A DNA stretch of 57,275 nucleotides. Origin: a virus (taxonomy: Duplodnaviria; Caudoviricetes). Shown one piece after another: positions 43,665 through 54,253 of this stretch. Numbering within the stretch: position 1 is the first letter of the stretch; each line of letters starts with the position of its first letter. The stretch is taken from IMG/VR virus record IMGVR_UViG_3300022542_000851, positions 1 through 57,275 of that record, one strand, 5' to 3'. A program made the position numbers and the translations under genes. The notes beneath the pieces are model-generated. The model saw only the letters and a list, made by a program, of their open reading frames with translations. It ran no database searches and had not been told where the DNA came from.

Positions 43665-45394
43665 GGTGTCCCCAGCGGTGGCGTTGCGTCACTCTCAGGA
43701 GCCGCCGGAGTCACCGCAGGCCCGAGCAACCGGGCGATAGCATCGATCCCGCCCGTGTCGCCCCCCTTGATCCACGTCTTCAGTACGACATCGAGCTCGT
43801 CCCAGAACGCCTGGTCCTCATTGAGCATGGTCCGCTCAGCGTAGTCGCGCAGCAGCTTCGCCAACAGGAAGCGGGGCGCGCCGGCGTCCGTCAGCGTCTT
43901 GATCTGAGTCGTGATGTCCGCCGGACTACGCACGTCGAACCGCGTGGGGTACGCCCGCGCGGAAGTGGGAACAGCCACCTCCGGGTCGAGCCCGAGGAAC
44001 TGCGCCATCGCGCCGAGGATCTCGCGCTCCCACCTGCCGAGCTGGCCGGTCAGCCGGCTCAACGTGGCGTTCAGGAAGGCGAAGCGCTGCATCTTGGCGG
44101 CGGCGGCCTCCGCGCCGCTCGGCTCGCCGAGCTTGTTGCCGAGTCCGACCAGCTGCAGGACCCGCTCGTAGGTCTGCCAGAACGTCTCCAGCAGCAGCGA
44201 AGCCTGCTCGAAGCCCTTCTTGACCGGCTCCACGCGGGCCTCGGGATCGTAGATGCCGACCGGTGAGGTGGCCGCGTCATGGACGCCCTCTTCCTGGTTG
44301 AGGGCTACCTTGTCGTCCGGCGACAGCTTCGTGAAGATGCTCGTCTGGGGGTCGCTCGCGTTCGTCTGCGACCAGCCGAGGCTACTGAGCTGGTCGGCGA
44401 GCCATCGGTCGACCAGCGCCCAGTCCTCCACCCATGAGAGGCGGCGCAGCCGCGACAACCCATCCCAGAACCAGAGGTCGAAGACCGTCACGCGCCCGGC
44501 CACGTTGGGCCGAGGGTAGCCCTCTACCATCTCGGCCTGCTTCGGGTCGCCGTCCACCCAGCGCCACAATTCTATACGGTCCCTGGTCCAGAACCGACGC
44601 CGGATCTCGAAGCCGGACTTGCCGCTGTCCAGGCTCTCGCCGTTGTCGACCCTCTCGGCGATGAGGATCTCCAGCAGCTCGCCGGTGCGCTCATCGAAGC
44701 GGGCGGCGCGCACGTCCGACGGGTGGATGTCCCAGGTGATCGGGAGCGCGAGATCGCCCATCCGCTCCCTGACCTCCTCCGACGTGGCGTTCGCGACCAC
44801 GATCCGGCCGTCCGCGTCGGTGGCGAGCTCGAAGCCTGCACGGACGAGATCCTCGGAGGTGAACCCGGAGTCTACGGCGCGCCAGGCGATGCCCCGCAGC
44901 ATGGCGTCAGCGAGGGCCATGAGACTGGCTTCGTCCATCCTCTCGCCGGCCAGCTTCAGAAGAACGGGGTCCTCTACCCCGGCCTGCGGCAGGCTCTGTG
45001 CAACGAAGTCAACGAAGGGCTGTATGACATCGGCGACAAGGTTGATCCTGGCGCTGGCGGCCTTGCGCAGCTCGAACTCGTCGCGTGTGTCCACGGCCGT
45101 GCCCGTCGGCGCCGGGGTTCCTTCGAACTGGCCCGAAGCCTGGCGGGCGATGCCGCGAGTCTCGATGAGGTGCGGCGACAGGTTCCTGAGCCACCGCGGG
45201 CCGCCCTGCATAGCCTCGTCGAGGAACTGCCACCAGCGGGCGTTGGCCTGCCAGCCCGGGTAGGTCTGCGCCGTGAAGTGGTCCACCTCTCGGCGCGACT
45301 CGCCGGAGACCTTGAACTCGGCGAGGATCGGGTGATGGTCTCGACTAGCCGCCGGCTCGAAGGTCGAATCCGACCCTATACCGTGATCGCTCAT
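43661..45394 (-). CDS. Portal protein
   Basis: 577 aa after the terminase; SG.A...F..LN..L and YPTRFDV motifs. Confidence 0.85.
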   Translation of the reverse strand: MSDHGIGSDSTFEPAASRDHHPILAEFKVSGESRREVDHFTAQTYPGWQANARWWQFLDEAMQGGPRWLRNLSPHLIETRGIARQASGQFEGTPAPTGTAVDTRDEFELRKAASARINLVADVIQPFVDFVAQSLPQAGVEDPVLLKLAGERMDEASLMALADAMLRGIAWRAVDSGFTSEDLVRAGFELATDADGRIVVANATSEEVRERMGDLALPITWDIHPSDVRAARFDERTGELLEILIAERVDNGESLDSGKSGFEIRRRFWTRDRIELWRWVDGDPKQAEMVEGYPRPNVAGRVTVFDLWFWDGLSRLRRLSWVEDWALVDRWLADQLSSLGWSQTNASDPQTSIFTKLSPDDKVALNQEEGVHDAATSPVGIYDPEARVEPVKKGFEQASLLLETFWQTYERVLQLVGLGNKLGEPSGAEAAAAKMQRFAFLNATLSRLTGQLGRWEREILGAMAQFLGLDPEVAVPTSARAYPTRFDVRSPADITTQIKTLTDAGAPRFLLAKLLRDYAERTMLNEDQAFWDELDVVLKTWIKGGDTGGIDAIARLLGPAVTPAAPESDATPPLGTP

Positions 45395-45696
45395 GGTGTC
45401 ATTCTACCCGAATCGGGCGGGGCAATTTGCCATCTGCGCCCGTCCTTTGTTCGCTCGATCTGCCGCCCGCCCCGCACTTCCGCCACGAGCCCTGGTGCTC
45501 CACGCTCGCTACCGATTGCGATATCGATTCCGAAGAGCTGCATACGCGGCGGAGGGAAAGGCAGCGCGCGTACATCCGGCCAGAGCGTGTCCTCCAGTTT
45601 CTGATACGTCATCGAGTCAACGACAAAGACCTGCTCGCCGATTGGCAGCCTAAGTCGCGTGCGTCCAGCGGCTGATAATTCATGCTGGTTTACCAT
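45391..45696 (-). CDS. Inserted hypothetical protein between terL and portal
   Basis: Flanked by an exact 21-bp direct repeat. Confidence 0.6.
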   Translation of the reverse strand: MVNQHELSAAGRTRLRLPIGEQVFVVDSMTYQKLEDTLWPDVRALPFPPPRMQLFGIDIAIGSERGAPGLVAEVRGGRQIERTKDGRRWQIAPPDSGRMTP

Positions 45697-45714
45697 GGTG
45701 TCATTCTACCCGAA
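45392..45714. repeat. 21-bp direct repeat pair
   Basis: catggtgtcattctacccgaa at 45392-45412 and 45694-45714. Confidence 0.95.
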
Positions 45715-47070
45715 GCGTCGTCGCCGTCCGCTGAAGCCGCCCCTGCCTGACGCGTGCCCCGCAGACCCCTGACCGAGCGCGATCCACCACACAGCCTTGC
45801 TCACCGCATCGAGCTGGTCATCGTGCACGCCAGGGAGTCCGGCGCCCTCGGCCTCGTCGAGGAAATCCTTCACCCACGGCCCCTTGATCAGGTAGACGTT
45901 ACCGGCCTCGGCCGCGCTGGCGACAGGTTGCCAGTAGGTCTCTTTTGCGCCCGTGGAGTGCTTGGCGTGCACCGTGAACCCCGACAGGATGTTGCGCCGG
46001 TAGTGGCTTACCAGGGCTTCCCCGGAGCTACCGGGCTCGATCTCGATGAAGATCTCGACGCCGTGGCCGTAGGTGGCGCGGTCCTCGAACGCCGTCGCCC
46101 GCACGAAGTCCTCGATCTGCTTCGGCGTGTCGCGGCGCCTGCGGATGTCGCCAATCACCCACGCCCCCGCCATGTCACCGACGAGACCGCCCGCAGTCCA
46201 GTCCGGGTCAGGGTTCTTCGGGTTCGGCTTCGTCGCCGCGAAGTCCCAGGAGCGGATCGGGACCGACACCTCACCCGGCCATTCATCGAGGTACTGGAAC
46301 CACTCCCGCCGGAACCTGCCGCCGAGGTCGGTTGCCTCCCAATCGCCGAGCTCGATCTGGGCCCTGGTCGTCGGGTCGACGTGCGACAGGCTCTCGATGT
46401 AGTCGGCGCGGTCGAGCGACGGGTTGTCAGCGATGCGCGCCGGCAGGAACGGAGCCCTAGCTGTGTCGGGGTCGACGAAGCGCTCCTTGACCCATTCGTG
46501 GCCGAGCCCGCCGGGGTTGCTGGCGGACCGCATGCGGATCGGTACCGTGGATCCTTCGAGCCGTCGCAGCCTCGTAAAGAGGTAGAGATACTGCGTGCTC
46601 GTGAAGGCGGTCAACTCGTCGAAGGCGACGCTTTGAAACTCCGCCGACTGATAACGGTACTTGTCTTTCTCGGTCTCGAGGTAGCCGAACGTGAGCGAGC
46701 CGCCGGCCGGAAAGTGCCACGTCTTGTCCTTGTCGCTCCACCTCGCGTCCGTCGGGGTGAGCCACTCCCGAGCCCGGTCCATGAGGGCTCCAGGTAGCGC
46801 AAGGTCGGCGTAGGTGCGGCGCAGGATGAGCGCCGCGTAGCCCGGGACGTCGACGTATTGCAGCGCCGCCATGAGCAACGCTTCCGACTTGCCCGGGCCG
46901 CCGGCGCCGCCGAAGAACATCTCGCGGACGTTACAGGCGAGGAACGCCTCTTGCTTCGGGTGGGGGTAGTGGAGCCAGTACTTCGACCGCTTCGGCTCCA
47001 CGAAGCCAGCGAACTCTGGGTGAGCGACGAGGAGCGATCGCGCCTCGTCAGGCTCAATCTGGAAGCTCAT
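45706..47070 (-). CDS. terL: Terminase large subunit
   Basis: GGAGGPGKS, FDELT, ASNPGG, WDFAAT, HDDQLDA. Confidence 0.97.
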   Translation of the reverse strand: MSFQIEPDEARSLLVAHPEFAGFVEPKRSKYWLHYPHPKQEAFLACNVREMFFGGAGGPGKSEALLMAALQYVDVPGYAALILRRTYADLALPGALMDRAREWLTPTDARWSDKDKTWHFPAGGSLTFGYLETEKDKYRYQSAEFQSVAFDELTAFTSTQYLYLFTRLRRLEGSTVPIRMRSASNPGGLGHEWVKERFVDPDTARAPFLPARIADNPSLDRADYIESLSHVDPTTRAQIELGDWEATDLGGRFRREWFQYLDEWPGEVSVPIRSWDFAATKPNPKNPDPDWTAGGLVGDMAGAWVIGDIRRRRDTPKQIEDFVRATAFEDRATYGHGVEIFIEIEPGSSGEALVSHYRRNILSGFTVHAKHSTGAKETYWQPVASAAEAGNVYLIKGPWVKDFLDEAEGAGLPGVHDDQLDAVSKAVWWIALGQGSAGHASGRGGFSGRRRRFG

Positions 47071-47605
47071 CGTCCTCGGCTGGCTTCAGGAACTGATCTA
47101 GTAGCCCCGCCTTGGCTGCGGCCGAGAACGCCTCGGCGGCGCGGTCGATGCGCTCACTGGCGGTCAGCTCGACCTTGACCTCGGTGCGGATTGGGCCACC
47201 ACCGCTCCCGGTGTGCTCGAGCGCTACGCGGTCTTTGTACTCTGGCCGACGCGCTTTCACCAGGAACATCAGGAGCGAGTCGCTGTAGCGCTGGACAATC
47301 GCGCCCGGCTCCCCCTGGTAGAACCCGACAGGCTCCGGGACGCCTTTGTATGCGCGCCGCTTGGCTTCGTCGATGAGCCCCTCGACGCCCTTGTCGACGG
47401 CTTCTTCCCAGGCCGCTGCGAATGCCTCGTTTGCTTCCTGGCGTCTATACGCGGTCACGCGATTGACCCCGACGGCTTCACACGATGCTGTCACGTTGCC
47501 GCACTTCGACAGCTCTTCCAGGAACCTGCCAGGCCAGTCCGGCCGAGCGTGCGCCCCTCTCTTTTTTGCCGTTGCTTTCGTTGCTTTCGTCGAGCGCTTC
47601 GCCAA
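47054..47605 (-). CDS. terS: Terminase small subunit
   Basis: FLEELSKCGNV..SCEAVGV...YSDSLLMFLVKARRPEY; overlaps terL. Confidence 0.88.
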   Translation of the reverse strand: MAKRSTKATKATAKKRGAHARPDWPGRFLEELSKCGNVTASCEAVGVNRVTAYRRQEANEAFAAAWEEAVDKGVEGLIDEAKRRAYKGVPEPVGFYQGEPGAIVQRYSDSLLMFLVKARRPEYKDRVALEHTGSGGGPIRTEVKVELTASERIDRAAEAFSAAAKAGLLDQFLKPAEDDELPD

Positions 47606-47733
47606 TCTCTACCTCTCAAGCGCGAGCTCTGCGGTGATCGACGATATCCCGCCGGCTTTATTCGCGAACCTCGGATGCATCGTCTCGACCGCCAGCCGGC
47701 AATGATTCTTGAACGCCACCCTCTGCCGTGTTG

Positions 47734-48294
47734 TCATGCTACCTCCGCAGCGATGTACAAGCCATCGCCCTTGACTCCGGCGCTGACCTTCTCTTCGTCC
47801 GTGGCGATGCGCATTGCGGTGATGATCATCACCCCGTTCCCGTCGCAACCATCCTCTAAACATGGACGAGCGCACCTATTGCGCACCGTGTCCTTTTGAG
47901 TCCAGTCCGGGTTAGTGCACACCGGGAACGCCACCCTGGCGATGCGGCCATTCTTACAGCTCACGCACGGGACAAAACACTCTCCGTCACCGTTCATGTC
48001 CCCGGCGCTGCGACGTGCCGTTCCGTGGCATCGCTCGCACGCGGTCGAGTCTCGCTCCCATAGCCATGCGATCCCCTCCGCATCGTCGCGCGCTCCGCCA
48101 ACCCACCAATCATCCCGCTCTCCTTGCGTCACCGCCCGCACCAGCACCGCGGGCGCGACCTTGGTCCAGTTGACTTGCTTCACTCCAGGTTCACCAAGTA
48201 GTCGAGCCTTCAGGTCGGCCATCACATCGGATGCTTGTGCCTCGACATGAGGTACTTCCCGGGCGCCAACGTGAACCCATACCGCCTCAGTCAT
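47734..48294 (-). CDS. Hypothetical protein with Cys pairs
   Basis: CERC...CVSC. Confidence 0.55.
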   Translation of the reverse strand: MTEAVWVHVGAREVPHVEAQASDVMADLKARLLGEPGVKQVNWTKVAPAVLVRAVTQGERDDWWVGGARDDAEGIAWLWERDSTACERCHGTARRSAGDMNGDGECFVPCVSCKNGRIARVAFPVCTNPDWTQKDTVRNRCARPCLEDGCDGNGVMIITAMRIATDEEKVSAGVKGDGLYIAAEVA

Positions 48295-48523
48295 CGGCTT
48301 TCTCCAGGCGTTCAGCGGTAGCCTCCAACGCGTGGATCGTCGCTTCCACACCAGCCTTCCATGCTTCGATCGCTTCCGCCTCTTTCACAGCCCTCCACGC
48401 TTCCATGATGACAGCCCGTAACTCCACCACCTCAGCCAGGGCGAGGTCGAGTCTCGTCGTCACCTCATACACGTCCGCGATAGCAGCGTCTCGTTCCGCC
48501 TCCGCTCTCTGCTGTTCAGTCAT
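48287..48523 (-). CDS. Small coiled-coil protein
   Basis: Coupled ORF. Confidence 0.55.
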   Translation of the reverse strand: MTEQQRAEAERDAAIADVYEVTTRLDLALAEVVELRAVIMEAWRAVKEAEAIEAWKAGVEATIHALEATAERLEKADD

Positions 48524-49095
48524 CAGCTGGACACCTCCTCGATAGCCACGCCGTAAGACTGCCGGAACGCCTTCGCCCGCGCCGGCCAGTCGCGGTGTAC
48601 TCGGCCTTTCTGCTTCGCATCGATCACCCGGACCGCGATAGTCCCGATCCGGCTCGCATCCCACGCCTGCCACCCGGTATTGCGCATCTCCTTACTGAGC
48701 AACCCGCCCCACTTGCGCGACTGGAAGAAGTCGACCTCGATCGTCGTCAGCCGCCCCCGCTCGTCCGGGCCGAGAATCGGCAACGGCCATATGGTGTCGA
48801 GGGCCAGCTGGTCGCCCGGCTTCATCTCGGTGAGGATGCGCGACCACACCCGGCCCTGAAGCTGGCTCGGAAACCGCTTGAAGCATCCGATCGGCAGCGG
48901 GCGGCCGCGACCGTCGTAGCCGTCCGTGACGTGCTGGCACCGCGCTCCGGTCGGGCCGGTCACGAGCTGGCCGCAGGGGATGCACACCCAGACCGCTCGA
49001 GCGCTCGACCACTGTCGGCGGGGCGGGGCGGTGGTCGCCTGCTCGTGCACCTGGGCTTGCGCAGCAGCACCGAGGCGGGCGACGTCGATGCTCAT
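48523..49095 (-). CDS. Putative PD-(D/E)XK endonuclease/resolvase-like protein
   Basis: FPSQ...EVDF...VIDAK pattern. Confidence 0.45.
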   Translation of the reverse strand: MSIDVARLGAAAQAQVHEQATTAPPRRQWSSARAVWVCIPCGQLVTGPTGARCQHVTDGYDGRGRPLPIGCFKRFPSQLQGRVWSRILTEMKPGDQLALDTIWPLPILGPDERGRLTTIEVDFFQSRKWGGLLSKEMRNTGWQAWDASRIGTIAVRVIDAKQKGRVHRDWPARAKAFRQSYGVAIEEVSS

Positions 49096-49349
49096 CGTCG
49101 ATTCCCCGGGCGGTCTTCGTCCGCTCGCGGCCGCGGCACTCGAAAGCCCCGCTTGCGATCGTCCCATCGCTTCCATGAGGTGCCGGTGAACTTCCACGGC
49201 CATCCGTTCGTCCAGTGCGCCGAGCAGCACTCACAGAAGGCGCGCCCGGGTTGCGGACCGGCTAGGAAGTCGGTTCGTGGGATCGTCTGGCATTCCGGGC
49301 ACTCCGGGGGGTCCGGGTACTCCTGCGGTATCGGCAACTCGATTACCAT
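49092..49349 (-). CDS. Small zinc-finger protein
   Basis: CPEC...CECC. Confidence 0.5.
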   Translation of the reverse strand: MVIELPIPQEYPDPPECPECQTIPRTDFLAGPQPGRAFCECCSAHWTNGWPWKFTGTSWKRWDDRKRGFRVPRPRADEDRPGNRR

Positions 49350-49357
49350 TGCTCCGC

Positions 49358-49579
49358 TCACGGGCCTGTCCTTGCGCTGTTCTCGCGGGCGACCTGCTCC
49401 CCGATGGCGGTCGCTTTCGCCGTACCGTCCGCGCGGACCGTGACCAGGGCCTCGAGCTCCAGCTCCGCCACCCTCGCTCGGTTCGTATCCGTGACCATCA
49501 CCGGGCGGTCGACGGCTCGCCGAAGCCACATCATCCGCAGCGCTTTCCTGCGGTGGTCTTGTGACTTCCTCTGGTTCAC
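49358..49579 (-). CDS. Hypothetical basic protein
   Basis: GTGA-coupled, VNQRKSQDH... Confidence 0.45.
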   Translation of the reverse strand: MNQRKSQDHRRKALRMMWLRRAVDRPVMVTDTNRARVAELELEALVTVRADGTAKATAIGEQVARENSARTGP

Positions 49580-49905
49580 GGATCGGCCCTCTTTCTCCGT
49601 CGCTTGATTCCCCTGGCGTCGATGGGTTCGCCCCGCGTCGCGAAGATGGGTCCCTCGAAGTCGAGCCGCGGCGGTCCTGACGCCCGCCGGACGGCCCTCT
49701 TCCGGAGCGCCTCGAGGCGGAGTTCCACGCCTGAATCGGCCGGCGCCCTCACCGCGACGCTCCGGGTCTCGCCCGCGCACCACCCGCGAGCCGTCCAGAC
49801 CCAGGCGCGGCAGTCGCAGATGGCGGCCTTGCGCGTCGGTGGCACGCCGCGGAGTTCGGTCCTGCAGCCGAGGCAGCAGGCGTGGCCGAGGCCGATGCTC
49901 GTCAC
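49576..49905 (-). CDS. Hypothetical Cys-containing protein
   Basis: Coupled ORF. Confidence 0.5.
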   Translation of the reverse strand: MTSIGLGHACCLGCRTELRGVPPTRKAAICDCRAWVWTARGWCAGETRSVAVRAPADSGVELRLEALRKRAVRRASGPPRLDFEGPIFATRGEPIDARGIKRRRKRADP

Positions 49906-50152
49906 GGGTCAACCTCGATCTCGACTCGCGCCACGACGCGGAATATAGCCGGTTCGTCTTCGTCGCCTGCTTTGGCGTCCCACACCTCGACCTCCGCCGG
50001 TATCGGATCATCCGGCGTCGGTGTTGGTCCGGTGCGATTGATCGCCTCGGCCGTCGCGAATAACGCGGCGCCTTCCGCCGTTTCCGCTTCGATGTCTTCG
50101 AATGTCTCGATGCTCCCGCCGTCAAGTGAGACCTCGACTTCCCATCGCTTCA

Positions 50153-50153
<1 letters not shown>
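49902..50153 (-). CDS. Small acidic protein
   Basis: GAGG RBS, MKRWEVEV start. Confidence 0.6.
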
Positions 50154-51144
<991 letters not shown>

Positions 51145-51148
<4 letters not shown>

Positions 51149-51441
51149 GCGTCGGGTCCCTCCGGCCACGGTAGGTCGAAGATAACCGCCGCCAACTGCG
51201 CCCGCCACTCGTCGGTCTGGTCGCCGGCGACTTCCCGGGCGTAGATGAATCTGTCCAGGTTCGACGCGCTACCGCCCCGGACCCGCTCTCCGGCCTCGTC
51301 GAACGTGGGGAGCGTGCGTTCCTCGGTCGTCTCCCGGACGGCGCACAAGATGGCGTCGATGACGTCCACCGGCTCGACGGCGGCCGGACCACGGAAGCCG
51401 AGGTCGGCGAGCTTCTCGGCGGCTCGAAGGCGTGCGCTCAT
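51145..51441 (-). CDS. Hypothetical protein
   Basis: Coupled on both sides. Confidence 0.55.
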
Positions 51442-52142
51442 GCCGTTCTCCTCGCGGCTGCTGCGTCGATCCGCTTGAACGTCAGCACCCACACCCACGG
51501 GTTGGACGCCCACGGCGCGCGCTTGCCGTTGATCGTGTCCCAGAGCTGCGCGAAGTTCTCGGGCGTCGTCCGGTTGTCCCATTCGTGGCCGGGCTGCTTG
51601 CTCGTGTCGTAGAGCCCCTGAAGCGTCGCCTCGCCGGCCGTTTGCGGGATTCCCTCGTCCTGCGCGTCGTCGCGGGAGATGTCCTGCAGCCGCTCGACTC
51701 GCACGTCCAGGATCTCGAGGTCGATGCGGGAAGCCCAGCGCGGCATGTGGATCGACGGCCGCCAGCGATCCGGTTTCCACGCGTGGCCGTCGTCAGCCAG
51801 ACTGCCCCGCTCGATCGGGTCGCGGCACCACCAGTTCGAACCGTCGGCGCGCATCATGATCCGCTCGGGCGGGTCGCTCTCGTCGAGCGGATGCGCCGCC
51901 CACCCCTCTCGAACCCATAGTCGGCCGCCTCGCTCGCCATAAGGACAGTGATGGGCGATCTTGCCGGCTACTGTCTTCACGACGAGATCGCCAGCTGCCT
52001 TTGGATCTGGCGCGTGTTGCCACTCGGAAGGGTCTCCGAGCGCGGCCGTGTACTTCACGATCCGCCTGGTCTGTGTCTTCGTCCCGGAGAGGATGGCGCG
52101 GACCATCGGCGCAGAGAAGAGGATCGGCCGTTCGCGCTTCAC
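51438..52142 (-). CDS. ASCH/PUA-like phage protein
   Basis: ERPILFSAPMVRAILSG.KTQTRR...PSIHMPRWASRI...NPWVWV. Confidence 0.85.
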   Translation of the reverse strand: MKRERPILFSAPMVRAILSGTKTQTRRIVKYTAALGDPSEWQHAPDPKAAGDLVVKTVAGKIAHHCPYGERGGRLWVREGWAAHPLDESDPPERIMMRADGSNWWCRDPIERGSLADDGHAWKPDRWRPSIHMPRWASRIDLEILDVRVERLQDISRDDAQDEGIPQTAGEATLQGLYDTSKQPGHEWDNRTTPENFAQLWDTINGKRAPWASNPWVWVLTFKRIDAAAARRTA

Positions 52143-52384
52143 GACGCCCCTCCGATCTCCAGGAGCGCCGGTTGCGCCGGTTGCACACCGTCATCCGGCG
52201 CCGCGGGCTGCTCCTCGCACAGCCGCCAGCCGCCCACATACTCGATGGCCTCGAGCTCGCACAGCTCTGTCAGCGCCATGTGCAGTCGGCCCTCGGCCAG
52301 GCCTGCCGCAGCCGGAACGCCAGCGCGGACCTCGGTATCGGTCGCCGCGATGACGGCGAGCACATGGGTTGCGTCAGACGTCAC
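52139..52384 (-). CDS. Small winged-helix-like protein
   Basis: GTGA-coupled; helix-helix-wing pattern. Confidence 0.4.
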   Translation of the reverse strand: MTSDATHVLAVIAATDTEVRAGVPAAAGLAEGRLHMALTELCELEAIEYVGGWRLCEEQPAAPDDGVQPAQPALLEIGGAS

Positions 52385-53229
52385 GACAGACCTCCGGACA
52401 TCGGCTGGCCGGGCATCTGTCGCACCCGCAGATCGGCGAGCGGGCCCGTCCACTCGTCCCAGTCACCGCCCTTGCGATCGCGCAACCTGAGCCGGTGATT
52501 CGGGTCTGTCAGTAGCGCCGCACTAAGCGCTGTCGATGGCCACGAGCCGAGCTGCTTCACGAAACACGCGACCCCGGCCGCCGCGCACTCACCGATGATG
52601 TCGCGCGCCCACTGCACCTGGAACGGACGAGACGAGCCGCCGGACTCGCCACCAACGATCACAAGGTCGAAGAAGGAGAGCCACGACGACATCGCATCGC
52701 CGAACTGCAGCGGACCGAGGAGCGGCTCCGCTGAGATGAAGCGCCGAAACACGTTCACCTTGACCGCGTGTGTCGCTCGCTCGTCCAGCCGGGCTTGGTC
52801 CTCGGCCGAGATACCGAGCCACGCGTTGACCGGCCAGGCGTCTCCCCACCCGTGCATCAGACGGTTCTCCGGGCGCTTCGTCAGGAAGAGGAAGTCGAGC
52901 GCCGGGCACTCCGGCACCATCGACATGAGCCGCGATCGCGGTGCGTGAAGCTCCGGCCGGTCCTCGAGCACGTCGCCGAGCGACATGCAGAAGACGCGAT
53001 GCCGCTCGCCGGCCTTCTCTGCCGCCGCGTTCCACCTCGGCAGCTGCCGCCAGTACGACTCCGCGGCCATGGCGCGGGCGCCGTCGTCACCCCACACGCC
53101 GAGCGTCGCGGGGTTGCGGTGGCTCAGCTTTTCGGCGTAGCAGTTCGTGCACCCGGGACTCACCTTCGTGCACCCGCGCCACGCGTTGAACGTGTGGTGG
53201 CACCAGGCGATATCCGTGTTCTTACCCAT
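52381..53229 (-). CDS. DUF5131 (phage Gp37/Gp68) three-Cys protein
   Basis: IAWCHHTFN.W.GCTKVSPGCTNCYA, LTKRP, SAEPLLG, VGGESG, FVKQLG. Confidence 0.92.
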   Translation of the reverse strand: MGKNTDIAWCHHTFNAWRGCTKVSPGCTNCYAEKLSHRNPATLGVWGDDGARAMAAESYWRQLPRWNAAAEKAGERHRVFCMSLGDVLEDRPELHAPRSRLMSMVPECPALDFLFLTKRPENRLMHGWGDAWPVNAWLGISAEDQARLDERATHAVKVNVFRRFISAEPLLGPLQFGDAMSSWLSFFDLVIVGGESGGSSRPFQVQWARDIIGECAAAGVACFVKQLGSWPSTALSAALLTDPNHRLRLRDRKGGDWDEWTGPLADLRVRQMPGQPMSGGLS

Positions 53230-53770
53230 GCGCCGCCCTCTGATATCCGCCGAACGCGCCGCGGGCTATCTCGCGCTTGACGTGGCAAGTCGTGCAAACA
53301 GCCTGTACGTCATCATGGTGCGCAGCACCATAGCCGAGGTGGTGGTCGTATTCATGTCGGCGACCGCCAGGGCCGGCCTCGTGACCGCAGTCCGTGCACG
53401 GGATGTCATCCGGGGCTGGCAGAGTCCCAGAGGTTACGAGGCCGTTGACTCGTCCGCGCGCTTGGAACTTATCGCCGTCGCGCGCAGGGACGAACCGCGC
53501 CCCACGCTTACTAACCCGTGAGCGGCGGACGTACGTCGCGGTGTAGATAGCACGGCGGCACTTACCACAGCTCGCCGCCAGGCCGTCCCAGCGCGAGAGA
53601 TCGGACTTGAATGCGCAGCGGGGCAGCCAGCCCCGACACCGCGTGCACCACTTCTGCCCGTTGGCCATCCTCGCACCGTACTCGGCGAGTGATAAGCCTA
53701 CTTTCTTGGCGGCGCTCTTGAAGGCACCGAGCTGACGCCCTGAAAGAGTGGTAAGATCCGGGACAGCCAT
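53222..53770 (-). CDS. HNH-like endonuclease with N-terminal Zn finger
   Basis: KWCTRC...SCGKC; CTDC...HEYDHH...VCTTCH. Confidence 0.75.
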   Translation of the reverse strand: MAVPDLTTLSGRQLGAFKSAAKKVGLSLAEYGARMANGQKWCTRCRGWLPRCAFKSDLSRWDGLAASCGKCRRAIYTATYVRRSRVSKRGARFVPARDGDKFQARGRVNGLVTSGTLPAPDDIPCTDCGHEAGPGGRRHEYDHHLGYGAAHHDDVQAVCTTCHVKREIARGAFGGYQRAAHG

Positions 53771-53777
53771 GGCGCGC

Positions 53778-53856
53778 ACCTCCTCATAGGTAGCGGTTGT
53801 GGTTAGAGTCGGCAGGGCGTTTGTGCGCTCTGCTGACTTGTCTATTATACCACACA
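53778..53856 (-). promoter_or_regulatory. Extended -10 promoter, hairpin and RBS leader of the second HNH gene
   Basis: TGTGGTATAAT; GTCAGCAG/CTGCCGAC stem; AGGAGG. Confidence 0.75.
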
Positions 53857-54225
53857 TCGCCACTCCCGCCACGCCGCCATCAGGCGGTCGCGTACCTCGC
53901 GCGTCTCTACCTTTCCGAGGCAGTCGAACGGCCCGCTCTCATTCCACAGCGGGAACACCTCCTCGCGAATCGACTCCCACAGGTCGCCAAAGCGATGATC
54001 GCCGCAGACGAACGCCTCGCGGATCTCCAGGCACGACGCGCATGTACGATACGTCCACACGTCGCCATCTGACTTCCCGGAGGCGCTCTCGCACTGGTCG
54101 CCGGGCTCGATGTTCCCGCTGCACTCGACACAGCTGTGCGCCTTCCGCGCCCGTACGATCGCCTCCGAATAGAACTCGTTCGTCTCGTAGTAGCCGTGGT
54201 CGATGCAGACTTCAGCGCAGCTCAC
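53845..54225 (-). CDS. Zinc-binding phage protein
   Basis: ARKAHSCVEC...IEPG...YRTCASC. Confidence 0.75.
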   Translation of the reverse strand: MSCAEVCIDHGYYETNEFYSEAIVRARKAHSCVECSGNIEPGDQCESASGKSDGDVWTYRTCASCLEIREAFVCGDHRFGDLWESIREEVFPLWNESGPFDCLGKVETREVRDRLMAAWREWRCVV

Positions 54226-54253
54226 GTCGGCCCCTCTTCCCATTCAAAGGCGC

